Below are positions 25,542-41,400 of a stretch of 64,000 nt of DNA, in pieces. The stretch spans positions 6,836,707 through 6,900,706 of the forward strand of contig OZ037767.1 in assembly GCA_964035545.1 (NCBI GenBank). Reading direction: 5' to 3'. Each line of letters begins with the position of its first letter. The stretch's first letter is position 1. Origin of the DNA: Bugula neritina (Eukaryota; Animalia; Bryozoa). Both the position numbers and the translations under genes were made by a program. The notes below the pieces were generated by a model that saw nothing but the letters and a program-made list of their open reading frames with translations, made no database searches and was not told the DNA's origin.

Positions 25542-28090
25542 TTGAAAACATGGAAAGACCACAAGACTAACAGACGAAGTATCAAAGAACCACAAAGCTA
25601 AATAAATTTTTCCTCTGTATGCTTACATTGTATACACCACCTCACCACTGGGTAGTGTCAGTAGCTGGAGAGATTTAGGCATAGTACAAAAACACTATGA
25701 GTCAATTTACAGCTTGATGACTGGTGACTCAGCTTGTAGTTATGGTGGTACATTAATATCCAGGGTGAACTTCCCAGATTGGTTTTTGTGGTCACATCAC
25801 ACCTAAAAACTCTTTAACTTCCAAGGTTACGTCAACTTTCTCACTAGCTTGTACAATGCAGTGTTACAATACGGCATTTCAGTTGTCAAGAATGACGCAG
25901 CCAGCCCTTTCAAAGTCTGACCTTTGATCTATCTGGTGGCAGGTTTGACACAAGCATTGTCTGACATTGCTTATCTCTTATCAGCCATGTAAGCTGTATA
26001 TTCAGATGTACAGCCACACACTGTATATATGCTGCCTGTAGCTATAAATATTTACTAATAATGACTGTGCTAGAGTGTCAGCTGACACAACTCCATTTTT
26101 CTCTATTCACTTGCTGGCTTGTGAACCCAGTACCATGAGGTGTTTTTCAATATCAAATACTAATGTTTTGAATCTAATAAAATAATCATGTCATCTTTAA
26201 CTTGCTTTTTTATATACTAACTGTTATATAACTCATATCATTATTAACTTGTAATAAATTACTCTTTGTACATAACTTAGCATTGCAAGTTGATTTCTAC
26301 CAGCATATTCACTGCCTAGTCAGTTGAACTATAATATGATGATATGTTTTATTGCTGTCAAGCATAACTTCTGTTATACTTGTGTACACCAAACCAGTAT
26401 TTAGCAACTTCGACAGCATCTTGTTTTTTGTTTACATGTTTTTGTTGTCGGCAAATATCAAGCTTGTTCATCTGTAAAGTATTTGCACTAGTAATATATT
26501 ATTAATAATAATTCTGCTAATAATAAAGGTAGAGTTTTTCCAATAACAATTATGGTAATAAAAAGTACAATATAAGAGTCTACTACATGTGTTCTTTGTT
26601 TTGCAATATTATTGTGTAATCATGACTCTCAAACTCTCATATTTATTGTTTTTGGAGAAGCTTGATGCCTGAAGTACTCAAAACTGACTTACAATGCCAC
26701 AGTGATGTTTCCTAGTGCATCATTATGATTCTACCTATTCCTGAGAACATAGAGAAGGTTAATTTAATTTCCTAAATAATATACTGGTATAGCCTTCAGG
26801 GGGTTTGCAGTTTAGTAGCAGGAATAAAAACTTGTTTGGAAAAAGAAAGTTTCGCTGGCCAATATTCTCTCTGAATCATATAGGACAAGGTAGAAAGCTT
26901 TGTGATTTCAGCTGAAGTTATCATGTTAATGACTCAAACAAAGTATGTATAAGTAACTGAGTATTACCTGTGCTCTGTCATCTGTGTAAGTTTCAGGTTT
27001 ACAATTTTTAATTTTTAGACAACATCGGAATGTCGTAGGAAGATTGATGGTAAAACTATATAATATTTTTTAAATATGTTTAATCTTTCCAATTATGGTA
27101 GTTACAGCATTATGAGACAATATAAATTTAAAATTTAATGTAATAATACAACAAAATCGAGAAAGGGTGCAGATTAGCATTTAATTACTGGCACAATGTT
27201 TATTGAAGCTTTCTAGTATAAGTTGTCTGCATATGAAATAAAGCGATCACCTTGCAAGCATGCCAAACGGAAATATATATAAACTCAAGCTAGCTCCGTT
27301 AAGATTGCATTTTTGCACCCAGCATATATATTTAGTGCATGACTGTATACTAGTCATCTCCTGGGTATTACTTATCCTGTTTTGTTTAACAAACATTTGC
27401 TGTGTGGCAATCTAAACAAAGAGAAGATAACTTACAAATGACTCAATATAGCTAATAAGCAATAACTTGTCTACAAGCTACAATATACATGAACTTTAAA
27501 TTGCTCTTATCACAATAAGGAGAGAACTATAATTGTATAATAGCCATAGCCTATATGTGTGCGTGTGTATGTATGTATGTATATATATATTATGTTGACA
27601 GACCTATATAATTTTGCCACATGTGTAGTAAAGAGGTCCTTGTCAAATAACTCAGCTTTTAGAAAAAACAATATACCTAAATTTGTTGACCTTACATATT
27701 ATAATTTGATTTATTCGCTATAATGACATATGCCATAACATATTAGTTTCTTGCAAGCACAGCGAAAGTTTGGTGAATCAATTGCACTAATTTCATCACT
27801 ATAATAAAACATATAGCAGACAACTCTTAATTGTATTAACATAGTTGACTGTTAGCTAAAACCAAATACACGTACATAATAACTATGATTGTAACCTTTG
27901 ATGACAGTTAAATAAATCAACATTGTAGTAAAGTTGAGAACTATAACAATAAACTGCAAATTTAATACAACGTATAAAAAGTTGCTTTATTTACTTTATA
28001 TAATTTATAAAATCTAAGTTAGAATTTCATAACTTGCATAGTACAAATTACATAATATAATCAATGTTATATTATACATATTATGTTATG

Positions 28091-30301
28091 CTAAGTCACT
28101 ACTGTACTTGCATACAATATTATCTCTCTATTCCACTGAGTACACCCTAAAGTCTTCACTTTCATCATTCCACACGATTCAACGAGAAACGTATCAATAA
28201 ATGAGGTCACATTTTCTCTATTAGTCAGCTTATCATAATGACTGAAAGGAGGCTGATGCAGCCTTTTAGCTCTTCTCACAGCATTTCGATAACATTTCCA
28301 TGGCTGAGTTTCAAGTATCAAATAGATGCATGAGTTAGCCAACATAGTTAAGAACTCCTTCAACCCCCCATCCCCGTGGTTTATATGAATCCACAGAGTA
28401 ACTGAGAAACAAAATATAACAGAGTAACGAGTCTCTAAGCCTGCCACTACTGGAAGGGAGTCAGTCATTACATCTCGTTGCTGGAAAGTGACCTGCAATG
28501 TATGGAACTCGGTCTAAAATATTTGTTTTAAGATTATATATAACATAGTTTATATAAACATTATATCTCATGTTTTCATTCATATAAGAGCCACTGGTTG
28601 TAAACCCTTAATGTAAAAGCTAGTACCCCTGGCTATGCTAGCAACTGGCTTTGAAGTTTTTTGCTCAAAGTAAGAGTGATCATGACTTGATGTCCTTTCT
28701 GACATTTCCGAAGACCATTCCGGAATGAAACTTACGACTTAGAGTCTTAGACTTTTGGAGCTTACTGGGCCAGCGCCCTAACTATGCTGGCCTCATTCCA
28801 TAAATACTATAAACTAACTCAAAAACTTGAAATACACCAGAAGCTACTATCTCAGTAAAGTTAACTCTGTTTTGTTCTACTTTTGGTTACAAAATATTCC
28901 AACTAACAAAGCTTATTTATTAAAATATCATTTATAAGCCAAATACATTTATTTATGAGAGAATTCTTCAAACAGTATAATTGCATTGGGAGGCAAGTAA
29001 GTACAGTAAATAAATACATCTGCTTATTATATAAAAATCGGTTGAAATCGGGTGAAAATAAAACTAATTTCAGTATACCTGCTATTTACCTGTTTGAACT
29101 GTTCATAATATTTATTGCTAGCGCATTTAATCAACTCTGGGTCAATATCAACTCCAACAATATCAACAGGGACTGGTGCAAAAATCTGGCTCAGCCACTG
29201 CCAAATATTGATAGTCAAATCCTAAAATAAAATAGAATTGAACATAGGCTCCAACAGATGAGATAATTTCATAAAATTATTTAATTCCATTATTTAAAAC
29301 CAACTTCATAATATCAAAATCAAACCTCACTAATATATACTTATAGCATACCAGTTTCAAGAATCTGTCTTACCCACTCATTGCAATCAGCTATAAGTTA
29401 TAAGCCAATTTTAGTAGTAATTTATAAGTACAGTTGAACTTTATGTTCATTTTATCAGCATTATTTTATCAGCGTTTAATTTTAGTTCAACCAAAAAGTT
29501 TAAATAAAACCAAAAATACTAACTCTAACACTAATAGCATTAGCAATATCTTAAAGTTAATGATAACCTATATTTATACTAATACTTATAGCCTATAACT
29601 ATAAGTATAACTATAAGTATTAATATCATTGATAAAATAAATACACGAACTAACTCGAAGAGATCATCACACTGGACTGTTCTAGATTTATAATACCAAA
29701 GGGTTAACCTCACACTGCCCTAGACTAGAGGGAGGAAGGGGTGTACCACATATGAGTAATATTTTACACAGTTATTGGCCAATAGTCATACAGTTAGTAC
29801 TGGCTGGGCTGTATTGACTGGGCAGGAACCTAATAGTAATCCTCACCCTGGCTATGTGGATATTTCTGAATTATTGCCTTGAAGTTGATAATCATAATGA
29901 TTGTGACCAATTAAATTTAATAATTCATAATTGTAAGAATTATACAGATACTCATACTGATACCAAACTTTGAAGTGATACTTATACTGATAGTGCTAGT
30001 AGACGTGGTACCCGAAGTCGAGCTCGAATTCAAAATGAAAAACTTAAACTAAAAAGCAAAACTAAAAGTAAAATAAAAAGCTTCAGCTTGAGCTTGAGCT
30101 TCAGTTTAAGTTTCTCACCCCAGTGTTGCAACCAATATCCAGAGTTTTTATTGAGCTGTGTTGAACTATGCTTTTTAAATCATTTTTCGATAAGTTTCTT
30201 ACAAACTTCATACGCTCTTGGGGTGGATTGAACTTGTAGTAGTCAGGGAAATTGCCAAATTTAGCTGCACCTGGTTCTTGCTTGGGCATTGGGTTTTCCA
30301 T
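28091..30301 (-). CDS. BCDIN3D: RNA 5'-monophosphate methyltransferase BCDIN3D, 238 aa; exons 30301-30119, 29221-29090, 28492-28091
   Basis: PGAAKFGNFPDYYKFNPP, SAM motif LDIGCNTG, GVDID, FCFSVTLWIHINHGD, ETQPWKCYRNA. Confidence 0.93.
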
Positions 30302-32466
30302 TTTTAGTTTAGCACATTTTTATAGCCCGAGAGTGCACACTCCAGTGAAAAATAGAAGCTAAATGATTGGATGCGTGCAAATGTGGGACTTACTACTTTC
30401 AAAATTGTCTTCTCTTCTTTGCTAATAAAGTAACCATTAACCCTCAAAGATTAGCTAGATTTAACAGCGGGCTGCCAGGTCCGCACGGTTTTCTCCTATT
30501 GTAAATTAACACGATTATTATAACAGAGGCCAATATTTAACTTTATAAATTCGCAGTGATAGTTTTCTTATATATACTTATTACTTATTAGTTTAGTTCA
30601 GTCACACTCACTGCAAGACTATGTCAAAGTTAAAATGTATTACTTACTAGTATTAGTATCAGTGTGCCGTATGGGCGATAGTTGCAGCAACATCAACATA
30701 AACTTGAATATTTTATATTACCGATACCAATAGCCATAGGCATAGCATAGGGCAATAATTGTTGATTTATTCATAATCATAATGATAATGAGTTCATAAT
30801 AATAATCATATCATATAGATTATCATTATGGATATTAAAATTTAAGTTTATTAGTATTACAGAAATTAAAAATTATCAGATTTACTTTAACTTTTACTTT
30901 TAGAATTAGTCAAGTAACGAACGTGATTAATTCATTCAATAATTGAGTGTCATTATGATTATGATCATGGTAATGGTTATGGAATGACATTATCATTATG
31001 ATTATTATTAACTTTTAGTTGGAGTAAAAGTGATTAATTTCAATTTTAACTATTACTGTAACTTTGTAACTATCAGTATAAGACTTGAAATTAACTTAAT
31101 ATAAAATTAAACACAATTATTACTGAACTATAAGAACTACTACTAGAGTAAGAGTTATGAACTATAACTTGAAGTTAAACTATTACTATACTGATACTCA
31201 TAGTCATAGTGATACTGATAGAGTGAATTAGACTAACTCTATGATTATTAATATTGTTAATCATAATGATAAAAAAAAGTTTAAGAATTGAAATATAAAT
31301 ATTCAATGATAGTTACTATTAGAATTATTTACACAATTGTTTTTGTGATTGCTTTTCTTTTGTCGTTGAAATGCGAAAGTGTGGCACTAACTGTAAATGT
31401 AGGACTAAGTGACAGCAATGGTATGAATGTGATGTTAACTATCACTAATTAAATGTTTACTGAACTTAAAAGAGAAAGTCAGAAATGCAATGTGTAAGTA
31501 TAAGAGTAAAAGTAAACGCAAAAGTGATTTCAAATTTTAGAGTTCACCGTTATTAACTGTCCTGAAGCACCCTCAATTGGTAGTAGTTGGTGTCACACTG
31601 AAAGTTAAACTGTTGCTGTCAGTGCTGAGTGTTACTCACTTACTTTTACTGTGACTCACTGTTAACTAGACTGAGATTCAGTCGGTGTTCTGTCATCTAT
31701 TAAAATCTGAAGCAGTAGCTAGTAGTTGCATTCCGTTCAATATCTTCATTAATCTCAGACTTCTCTTGTGCTCTCACTGAATGTGAGTGAAACACTATCA
31801 CATGTCCTTTTACTGACTAACTAAAAGTCTGGGTGTTGTTAATGATTAATCAGCTTATCAGCTAGTCAAACTGGTAGTGTCGTCCATGTTGGTCATATTA
31901 AAGTAGTTGATAGAGAAAGAAATGCTTGCAATTTTTTAAATTTTAATTATAATATTGCTGTCAAAATTTACATTAATTTTATTCTTATTGCCATGATATT
32001 TACTTTTTATTTACTCAATAGCTTACCAATTCAAGTTCAATTTAAAATTGAATATAACTTGTTCAATGGCCTAAAGTTGGTATATCTGGAGTCAATTTGT
32101 CATTGATGTAAATATTCACTCAAAAACATGCATGCAAAAATTTGATTAAATATTGGATACATTGAACTTGGTAATATAGATAACTGTATAACTTTGCTTA
32201 CTCTTAAAAACACCAAAAGTAAATGAATATAAATATATTTTAAAGGTGCGTTCAGATTTTTTTTATAATTTGTTACTCGTTTATACTTAGCCTTATATCA
32301 GGGCTAATTTCTGTTTTTGTATGTCATAAAACTAGAAATATTCGATGATTAGTTTTATTGGTCCTTTTATTTGTTTTTATTTGATACAACATAAATTTTA
32401 TTTGACATATAAAATAATCAAATTGTATCACCTGTCTTTAGTAGCACAAGGAGGTATTACAGAGAC

Positions 32467-35400
32467 ATGGAAGATGATTTACCTGCCAACTGGGTTCGGA
32501 AAGAATCCAGGTCTAGACCAGGTCGTTTCTATTTTGCAAATTCTCTAACAGGACAATCAGTATGGCGACGAGATCAAATTTCAAGCAATGAGAAAGTTAA
32601 TAAAAAGGAAATAAATCTTAAAAATGTCAGCAAACAGGTCAATACAGTTGATCAAAATTCAAAGAAATGGAAACCAATTAGTCAAAGTTCTACTTCGATT
32701 AATGACTCTGTTGACAGTGAACCGTCTGCAAGTGTTAAAAAGACTAGTTCAAAAACTCGTTTGGATAAGAAAATACGTGCTAAAAGCTCTTACAGGAAGC
32801 ACAATTTACACCATGGTGACAATTTAGTAGAGCCAGAGAGTGGGCAAAGGTCTAAAACTAAATTTAAAAACCAAAATACGGAGGAAGCCGTTCCTCATGA
32901 ACATTCATCTAGTCAGAACCTACCCCTGGAAACTGCTTCTGAATCTTCTCAACACAGTCAGTCATCTAGCAAAACAAATAATAGTAAAGATGATGCAGGT
33001 AGCAATGATCACTATGCAAGAAATTCTAAGAACATGATTACCAAGTCCACTTCAGAAGAAAGTTCAAATTCTAGAGACCAATCTGAAGGTACTATGCTGT
33101 CTTTAGAATTGCTATTGCTATTTTTTTAGTGATTTGAAACGAAAATATGGCAAATATTGAATAAATACATTTTTCGATACTTTCTTTCAGCCGATTCTAC
33201 TCAGAAGTTGAAAATCGTATTGAAAAGTTCAGCAGCTAAGAAAGTTGCCGAGCAAGTGGAAAAGGTATTGGTTAATTCACACAATTATGTTGTTAGAAAG
33301 ATTGAGTGAGTGGATATTGCTTGTAGGTAGTCATCTCATATTTTGTGGTTTTTACTTTTTTAGTTCTTACTGCTAGGTTTTTGTAGCAAAGATATTAAAT
33401 ATAAAAATGGAGAATCTTTGCTTATATTATCATTGACTTTCATAGTTTGACCAATTAGTGGAGAAGTCAGCACTCAACTCTGAATATATTGACCTGGAAG
33501 GCCCTCTTGGCAGCAAGCATGTGAAAAGCACATTACCACTTATGAAACACACCGGTTTACTCCCTAGCTCTTTGGCATTAAAGTCCAAAAGATATAAGCC
33601 CTTCCCCACAAAGTTTGTATTTATATCTTATCAAAGAGTCTTGTAAAAATTTACTTCTCTTTTTGTAATTATATTCTTACTTGTTGATGTTTTATTTTGA
33701 CCTGCGAATTTATTTGTGTACAGCGTTCAATGATAAAACTTGCTATCATTTTTAGATAACAGTTATTCACTATGTCTCCATGCTTCGAAATATGCGAATA
33801 GATTTTTCATTCGCTGCACGGGACAATGTCAATTGAATCAAACCATAGTCATAGGTTAATTCAAACCACAACTGCAAATCCATCTGTACGAGCATCCCGT
33901 ATGGATTCGTTCGAGCCATAGGAACGTAGTGATTGCAGCTACATGTCATGGTAGTAATGGTTTTCTTTACTTATAGCTTATGTTCTCCTAGTCTCAGACA
34001 GATGACTCAAAATGAAAGAATGAGACGATCTAAAAGTGACACGACGGTTGATAAACAGCGGCCTGATAAACACTCGTCAAGTATCACTCGTAAGACGAAG
34101 CCAAAGAAAGTTCACTGGGATGTAAGTTGTCAGCAATGCTTTATCCTAATAGATTGATGAAAAACTTGTTACCATCACTTTTAAAAGTTATAAATGGAAT
34201 AGTTTTCATACTGATAGAGGATATAAAAAGCATGATCGAAATATTGAATCTATAATTGTGGCACATTTTGTATAATAAGAAAAAGTTTGAACTATAAAGT
34301 TAACGGTGATATGCTATATTACATTTTCTCCATATCTCAGAAAACAACTTGTCAGGAATGTATATTATGTAGGCTTTAAATTAATGAATAATGTTATAAC
34401 TAGAAAATTTTTGTAGTGCAAGCGTTGCACAGAGCCTTACAGCGCAGTATATCATATAGCAAATATTGAGCTAACGTAGTTTATAGAAACTTGCTTATAC
34501 ATGTATAGTTTACGGGCAGCTCTGTGTAATGTGATTTGACCCTATTTATAATATTGTTTTTTTCAATAGTGTGGTGTGGAAATGAATTATGTTCTTTGCA
34601 TTGTTCACATCTTATAGGACAATGTAACATGTGCACAGATAAAATCATGCTGCTTGAGCTATATTTGTGGTCAAAGAAAGAAAAAAGTTGCTTCAGCATG
34701 CAAGTGTACAGATATAGAGAAGCTTTTGCATCTTGGTACACCATATTTAAATGTTGCTAACTTTCCATTTTTCATTATTGATATCATATTATTTATCCTA
34801 ATTTTTTCTATTGGCAGTTTCAACTGCTTTATTAAGTCGGCTACTCTTTTTTCCGCAACTGAATTTAGCCTTAGTTCTAGCTGTTATTTCACTTTTAGGT
34901 CTCTCCAGATTCTACCAAGAAATCTCCTTCCGAGGAAACAGTTGGCGAAGAAGATTCTGGTAATTATCCCCACATATTTTAGTCAAACATTTTCCTTATT
35001 ATTGTTTCCTGCATTAATTTATCTTTAATGCACGCTGGCAAGTCATTTGTGTATCGTTGCAATTAATGATCTTGAGCACTGAAATATGAGTAAGAGAGCT
35101 AAAATAAATCTATTAGCTTACCAAGTCACATCATAGCAACAACAATGAGTCATTTCAAGTCAATGAAAATTGACCTGAGCTGACCTGTTGACCTGGAAAT
35201 ATTAGATGCAATGAAGATCAGTTCTATAGTGCAGCAGACGCTGAGCTAAACAAAAGCATCATCAGCTCGTGAGCCACTATCTTGAATTAATTCAAGACAA
35301 AATTCATTTTTGTTTGCGCAAAATTCATTTTGAAACCAATATGTTCGAGCAAACTACCCTGAAGTTGCATTTAGTTAATAGTCAAGATAATAATGAATAA

Positions 35401-38400
35401 TGTGTCAGAGATTCTTTAAATAGACTCTGGTAGTCTAAACTGGTTTTTGAAGATGTGTATTTGTCAGAAGAATGTGCTGCAGTAACATCATTTCTTTTTC
35501 TAGTGTCTACGCATTTCCCTGCCACTCAATGCGACGTAGCTCCAACCACAGCGGTGACCTGGCAGTCTCGCTCGCCCCCTCCTAGCTCTGTCCCAGCCGA
35601 CGTCCATCGTATAATCAACTTCTCACGTGAAGATGACTGGGACATGATGTCAGATGACGGTGAAGATTATGACAACAGTATTGTCTCATTTGACCTCTAC
35701 TCCGATGTCGTCATGGCAAGCATGTCTCAAGAGGATGTCGGGACTCAGAGCTCAATGTCGGCTAACTTAACTCTCGATAGAGAGGTAAGACTCTGCTCAA
35801 ATTACTCATTTTACTCTATTTAGTACATAGCAAATTATGACTATAGATTAAAGTTTGCTCAAATTCATAAGAATTTCAACTATGCACAACAAAAAGGCAA
35901 GGAGGGGGTTCTGCAACATTTAGTCAAAATGCCATTGTCAGTTTTCGGAAAAAATAACAGAAAAACATAGAAAATTAAGCTGAATTAGAAAAGCAAAACT
36001 TTGAATATTTAGTTGTATTTGTTGATATTTTATTAGTTTAGACTTTAGAGCATACACATTAGCAGCTAAATCATAAAAACTAGCTAAAACCTAGAGATAT
36101 TGAGCGTGTACTAAATTAAGTAAAATGATCTGTGTTAAAATCTACCATTTCTTTTCTTCATCAGTAGTTGTACCTCTTGGCATTGGGTGATGTCAATGAA
36201 TGGTGGTTTAATGTTGTAGCCAAAGGTGTTCGTGGTGATAGACACGTGTAGCATGGGGAATTTGAGCTCTCTTATTGGTGTCCAGTACTTACTAATTGCT
36301 GACGATGATTCAGGTAGGGAGTGTTTGCCTTTACTAGCATTCTCTACTACCTGAATATTTCCTCTACAGGAAGGATAACTCTAGTAACGAATATTTGAAT
36401 TCTCTGTAATTATTTTAAGTCTTTAGTTTTGTTCTATAAGGTTTTTGTATTAGTTTGTATTGAGGTGCAGTATATGGTGATTATGCCCTGTATGAGATTG
36501 AACTACAGCTCTATTCTTAGCTCATTACCAAATAAGAAATGTTGGTAATTGCTGATACTTACAGAGGAGATGGTAGAGTACAGTCTACACAAACTAATCA
36601 TACCATGGCAAGTATTACAGGAGCTGGATATTCTCAAAGATAACAAAAATGGAACCTTCTCTTCTTCGAAACAGAACAAAGCTCAAAAGTATGCATGCTC
36701 TGCTTTCTCTTTGCAAGCTGTTTTAATTCAGTTTTTATTTAGTTGAAATAATTGTGTAATATTCTCTAGGAGCTCGTTATCACCACTTTCTGGCGCGAAA
36801 AAGCCAAAGGGGAAGTATGTTAAGAAATTTATTCCAAAGTGTCTTATTATTTCACACAAATTACATTCTTCCATCAGCTAATCAATGGTTTCAGCTGTTC
36901 AGTTCTCAACTAATACTTATCATCTTTGTGCTGTTTGTCAATGAACACAATAAATGTTCAATTTAATCTTTTAGTACTCAAAAGTCAAAGCATGTAATGG
37001 TATGTAACGAAGAAGCATCAAAGTTAGCCTTACAATTTATTTTATATTAGATCATAATATGTATGTTTTAGAATAGCTAAATTCATTTACAACGAACTAC
37101 AGAACAGATCGTCTAAGGTAAAGCTGCAGTCCCATATTGATGACGCTGCCGAAGTTGAAGGGTTTAGAATTCAGACCGCTGACGATCATATTATCAAATG
37201 TTGCCTCACTTTGCAAAAAAAAGTTGGTTAGTGACCAAATCTTTCAGCATGTCATATCTGCCAATATCTTTTGATTTTAGGTTTATTATTCTAGTTATCT
37301 AAGTTTAAATTTTCAAGAAGTTAAAAACTTGCTATCAAATTTTGCTATCAAAATAATTTTAATTCCATGCTTAGCAAAAGCTTTTTAAACTGCCTCTTTA
37401 TTTAATTAATTTGCTTAGTTTGTGTTTGTAACTTTTCATCATGACAAGCTTTTCTTAGTTATATCTTATGAATAATAAACATATATTTAATTCAATACTG
37501 TTTTGTTTTTTATTGTTTTGTTTAATCAGTATAATGTTAGAATACCGAAACTTTATATTTTATATATTTTACATTTGTCATATGTGCATTTTACACATGT
37601 AATATTTTGTAGGTTCTCATAACAAAGTAGTTCTGGTCACAGAGGATATTAATTTAATCAACAAGTGTACGGCGTGTGAGATTATGGCGAGTGAGTTCCT
37701 CAACTTACGAGTTGGTAGATCTTCACAGGTTGGCAGGAAGAAGTTGATTGAGGAGTCGCCTCGTAATCTAGTCAAAAAGGTGACTATTTATTTACTTTGT
37801 TATTATATTTCATTGTATACAGTTTTTGTTTTCATAATTTATGTGTCTTCTGATTTGGTTGCAAGTAAATTCAGTAAATAGTTGGACTTAAGTAGGAAAT
37901 GTGTTAGTCACATGACTGTACTAGTAAGTCATGTTTGTTTGTTTGTTTGTTTGGTTTATTTCATCAAAGGTATTTAATAACACAAGGACATTAGAAAATG
38001 CCAAGGAGGCGATGATGAGGCCCATTGCGCTATAGCCTAGCTAGTCATGCGCGGGCCAACACGAGCTGACAGCGACTCTATCCAGAAAAATACAAAAAAA
38101 ATACAACTATTCTAACAGATAAAGCCTCAACTTCCTCCCAAATTCATTAGGGTTGCTAATTGACCGTAAAGGGATTGGCAGTTCATTCCATAGTGCCACC
38201 TCCTGATAACAGTTTCTTCTGTGACCTGCTGCTGTTTGAGAGTGAGGAAGGGGGAGATTTATGAATGATTGACGTGTATTGATAGAGTGAGTGGGAAAAA
38301 AATTGTCAGAGTAGAAAAAAGAATGAGCTTTCTTTAACACTTTAAAACGGTAAATCTGGTATATTGAGAGAACTTTATGCTTAGTAAATAGAGGCGCTGA

Positions 38401-41400
38401 TGGATGGTCAAACGGTTTTTTGTTCATGATACGCATTACCTTTTTTTGAAAAATAAAAATCTTGTTTAGATGGGTATTAGCTGCATTTCCCCAGGCCTCT
38501 GCACAATAATTTAACTTGGAATTGATGAAAGAATTATATATCAAAAGTAAAATTTTTTGAGGGAGATATTCAGAACATCGGTATATTAATCCACTAAGTG
38601 GTCGTAATTTTGTAAGTAGGTTTGAGATGTGCAAGCTCCAATTTAAATTTTTATCTATTTGTACACCTAGAAAAGTTATGCTGTTAGAGTAATTTATAGG
38701 TCTTTTATTTAATAATATACAGTTTTCTAGAATTTGAAAAGGATTTTGGTAGTTTTTTAAAACAATATAGTTGCATTTTTCATAGTTTATAGTGAGTTTG
38801 TTTTTATTGCACCAAATTGACAGAGAGTTTAGATCTTGATTTATAGCTTCCAAATGGGAGTTCAAATCTTTTGATTCAAAAAATAAATTAGTGTCGTCGG
38901 CATAGAAAATGGGATTAAAAAGTTTAAATTGTTGAGCAAGATCGTTTATATATATCAAAAATAAGGTAGGGCCCAAGACAGATCCCTGGGGAACCCCACA
39001 GGTCACTGATCGTGAACTTGATAAGGTTGCATTTACTAGTGTGGAATGACTTCGGTTTGATAGGTAGTTAGCAACCCATGACACTGTGGATTCACTAAAA
39101 CCAAGTTTTCTCATTTTTGCAAGTAAAATATTGTGATTTATAGTGTCAAAAGCCTTACTAAAATCTATAAAAATTCCGAGAACGCAATTTCCATTGTTAA
39201 AAGCTTCGAGCGTATTATTTTTAAATTTAACAACAGCATCTGCAGTACTTAAATTTTTTCGAAAGCCATATTGATTCTTAGAAATCAAATTTTTAGATTC
39301 TAAAAAGTTTAAAATTTGATTGTTAACAATTTTTTCAAGTATTTTACTAAAAATGGGGAGGATTGAAATAGGGCGGTAGTTTTCACATCTGTCATGAGAA
39401 CCTTTTTTGTAGAATGGTAATATTTTAGCAGTTTTAATTTGCGCTGGAACAATTTTTTCTTCTATGCTTTTGTTAAATAAATAGGCAAGTGGTGTAGATA
39501 GTGAAATTTTGCAAAATTTGATAAGTTTAGTCGGGATATTGTCTAAACCTATAGCTTTCTTGGAATCTAGTTTTTCAATGATCTCAATTATTTGAGATTC
39601 ATCAGTTTTTTTTAAATGAAATTCTTCTTTAGTAATATTTGTCAGCATTGAGTAGGTATCGGAGTTCGAATTTGTAAAATTTGAAGCTAGTTTTTGGGCT
39701 ATTGTTGAAAAATACAGATTGAAATTGTTAGCTATATCCATATTGCTATCTAGCATGGTTTCAGAGTCCTCAACCGAATACAGTTTTGATGAAAAGCATC
39801 TTTTGTTTAGTTTGGCTTTCCCTGTTTGTTCATTTATAAGTACCCAAAGCTGCGAACTGTTACAATTGCTAATAAAAGCTTTAAAATAATCATATTTAGC
39901 GGTTCTCAGATCAGCATTCAAATTATTTCTAAAAGCATTATATCTTTTTAAAATCTTTTTATTCAGGGGTGCTTTTTTCACTCGTTTGTGAAGTGCATAT
40001 TTCTTTTTGATTTGAGTTAAAAGATGTTCAGTAATCCATGGTTTTTGTGCAAACTTTTTAGAAGGCCTATTGTTTTCAATAGTCTGTGAACAACTTTCAA
40101 TGAGAAATTTTAGTCTAGTAATAAATATATCATAGTTTACTTCACAATTTTGTGAGTCATCAAAGAGCTTCAACCAGCAAAATGAGTTTATCTTGGAAAC
40201 TAGTTTGGAATAATTAATAGTTCTATACATATCATCTGAGACAATATTAGTTCTATTTGAACAATTCAGTTGAAACGTCACAAAAGTGGGTAGGTGGTCA
40301 CTCAAATCTGACTCAATGGTTCCAGATTTACCGTTTATGCAAGAGAAGTTTAGAAGGATATGATCTAAACAGCTAGCTCGTGACGATGAGATTCTAGTTG
40401 GGAGAGTGATAGCATTGTAAAAGGCATAGGTAGAAATAGTGGTGGAATAAGTGTCACTTACATTCATGTCAAGGGTATCTATATTGATGTCACCTACTAC
40501 AATATGGGGAGAAGAATCATGGGAAATATAAGCCTCCAGGTCACTAAGAAACGCATCAGTGGAGGAAGCACCGGGCTGCCTGTATATAATTGTGAGTCTG
40601 AAATGGGAAGACTTTGAGGCCTGACTGTGTAGAACAAGTGAGAGGACGTCTGCTCCAGACAGCGAAACAGCCTTCGTGTCGGCCCCCAGGCCACACCGCA
40701 CATAGGCCCCAACACCACCTCCTCTACCCAGTCTCTGACTACCTACAAAATCATAACCTTCAAGTTTAAAAAATTGAATTTCATCATCATTTAGCCAAGT
40801 TTCAGTTAAACAAATTACATCAAAGGGGTTAGAAAAAGTGTTCAAAAAATATTCAAAATGTGAAAATTTATTTCTAATGCTTTGAATATTAAAGTTAAGA
40901 AGAGAGAAAGTTGAATTATTTACTTCTAGTTTGTTAAAAGAAAAGATGTCGTATGCTGTGCAGTTAATTTCATGCATTTTGCAAAAGATAACTTAGCAGT
41001 TTAAGTTAAATACAAAAGTGAGGTACACTAAACACATTTCAGGTTCTCGAGATCATTTACATCATTTATTTGGATAGCCTCCGAGTCAGGTGTTCTGCGC
41101 AAGTAAATTCGTTGGGCAAATGTCCAAACATACTTATAGTTGTTTGATTTTTTGAAGTTTCTGGTTTTCCAAAAAAGGTCCCTTTGCTTACTACTGAGAA
41201 CCTCGTTAATAAATATTTTGGAATCTGTTTGAAAACCTAATTGTTTTGTTGACATAATACTTTTACGATAAGTGTGGAAGAATGTATCTCTTTTATTGGT
41301 GTGAACAAACTTAACCACGATGCGCTTGGTTTGTCGAATTCTATAGATTTTATCAATGTCTTGTGTAGTTGATATTGAGGTCATTTTTAGATTTTTGATG

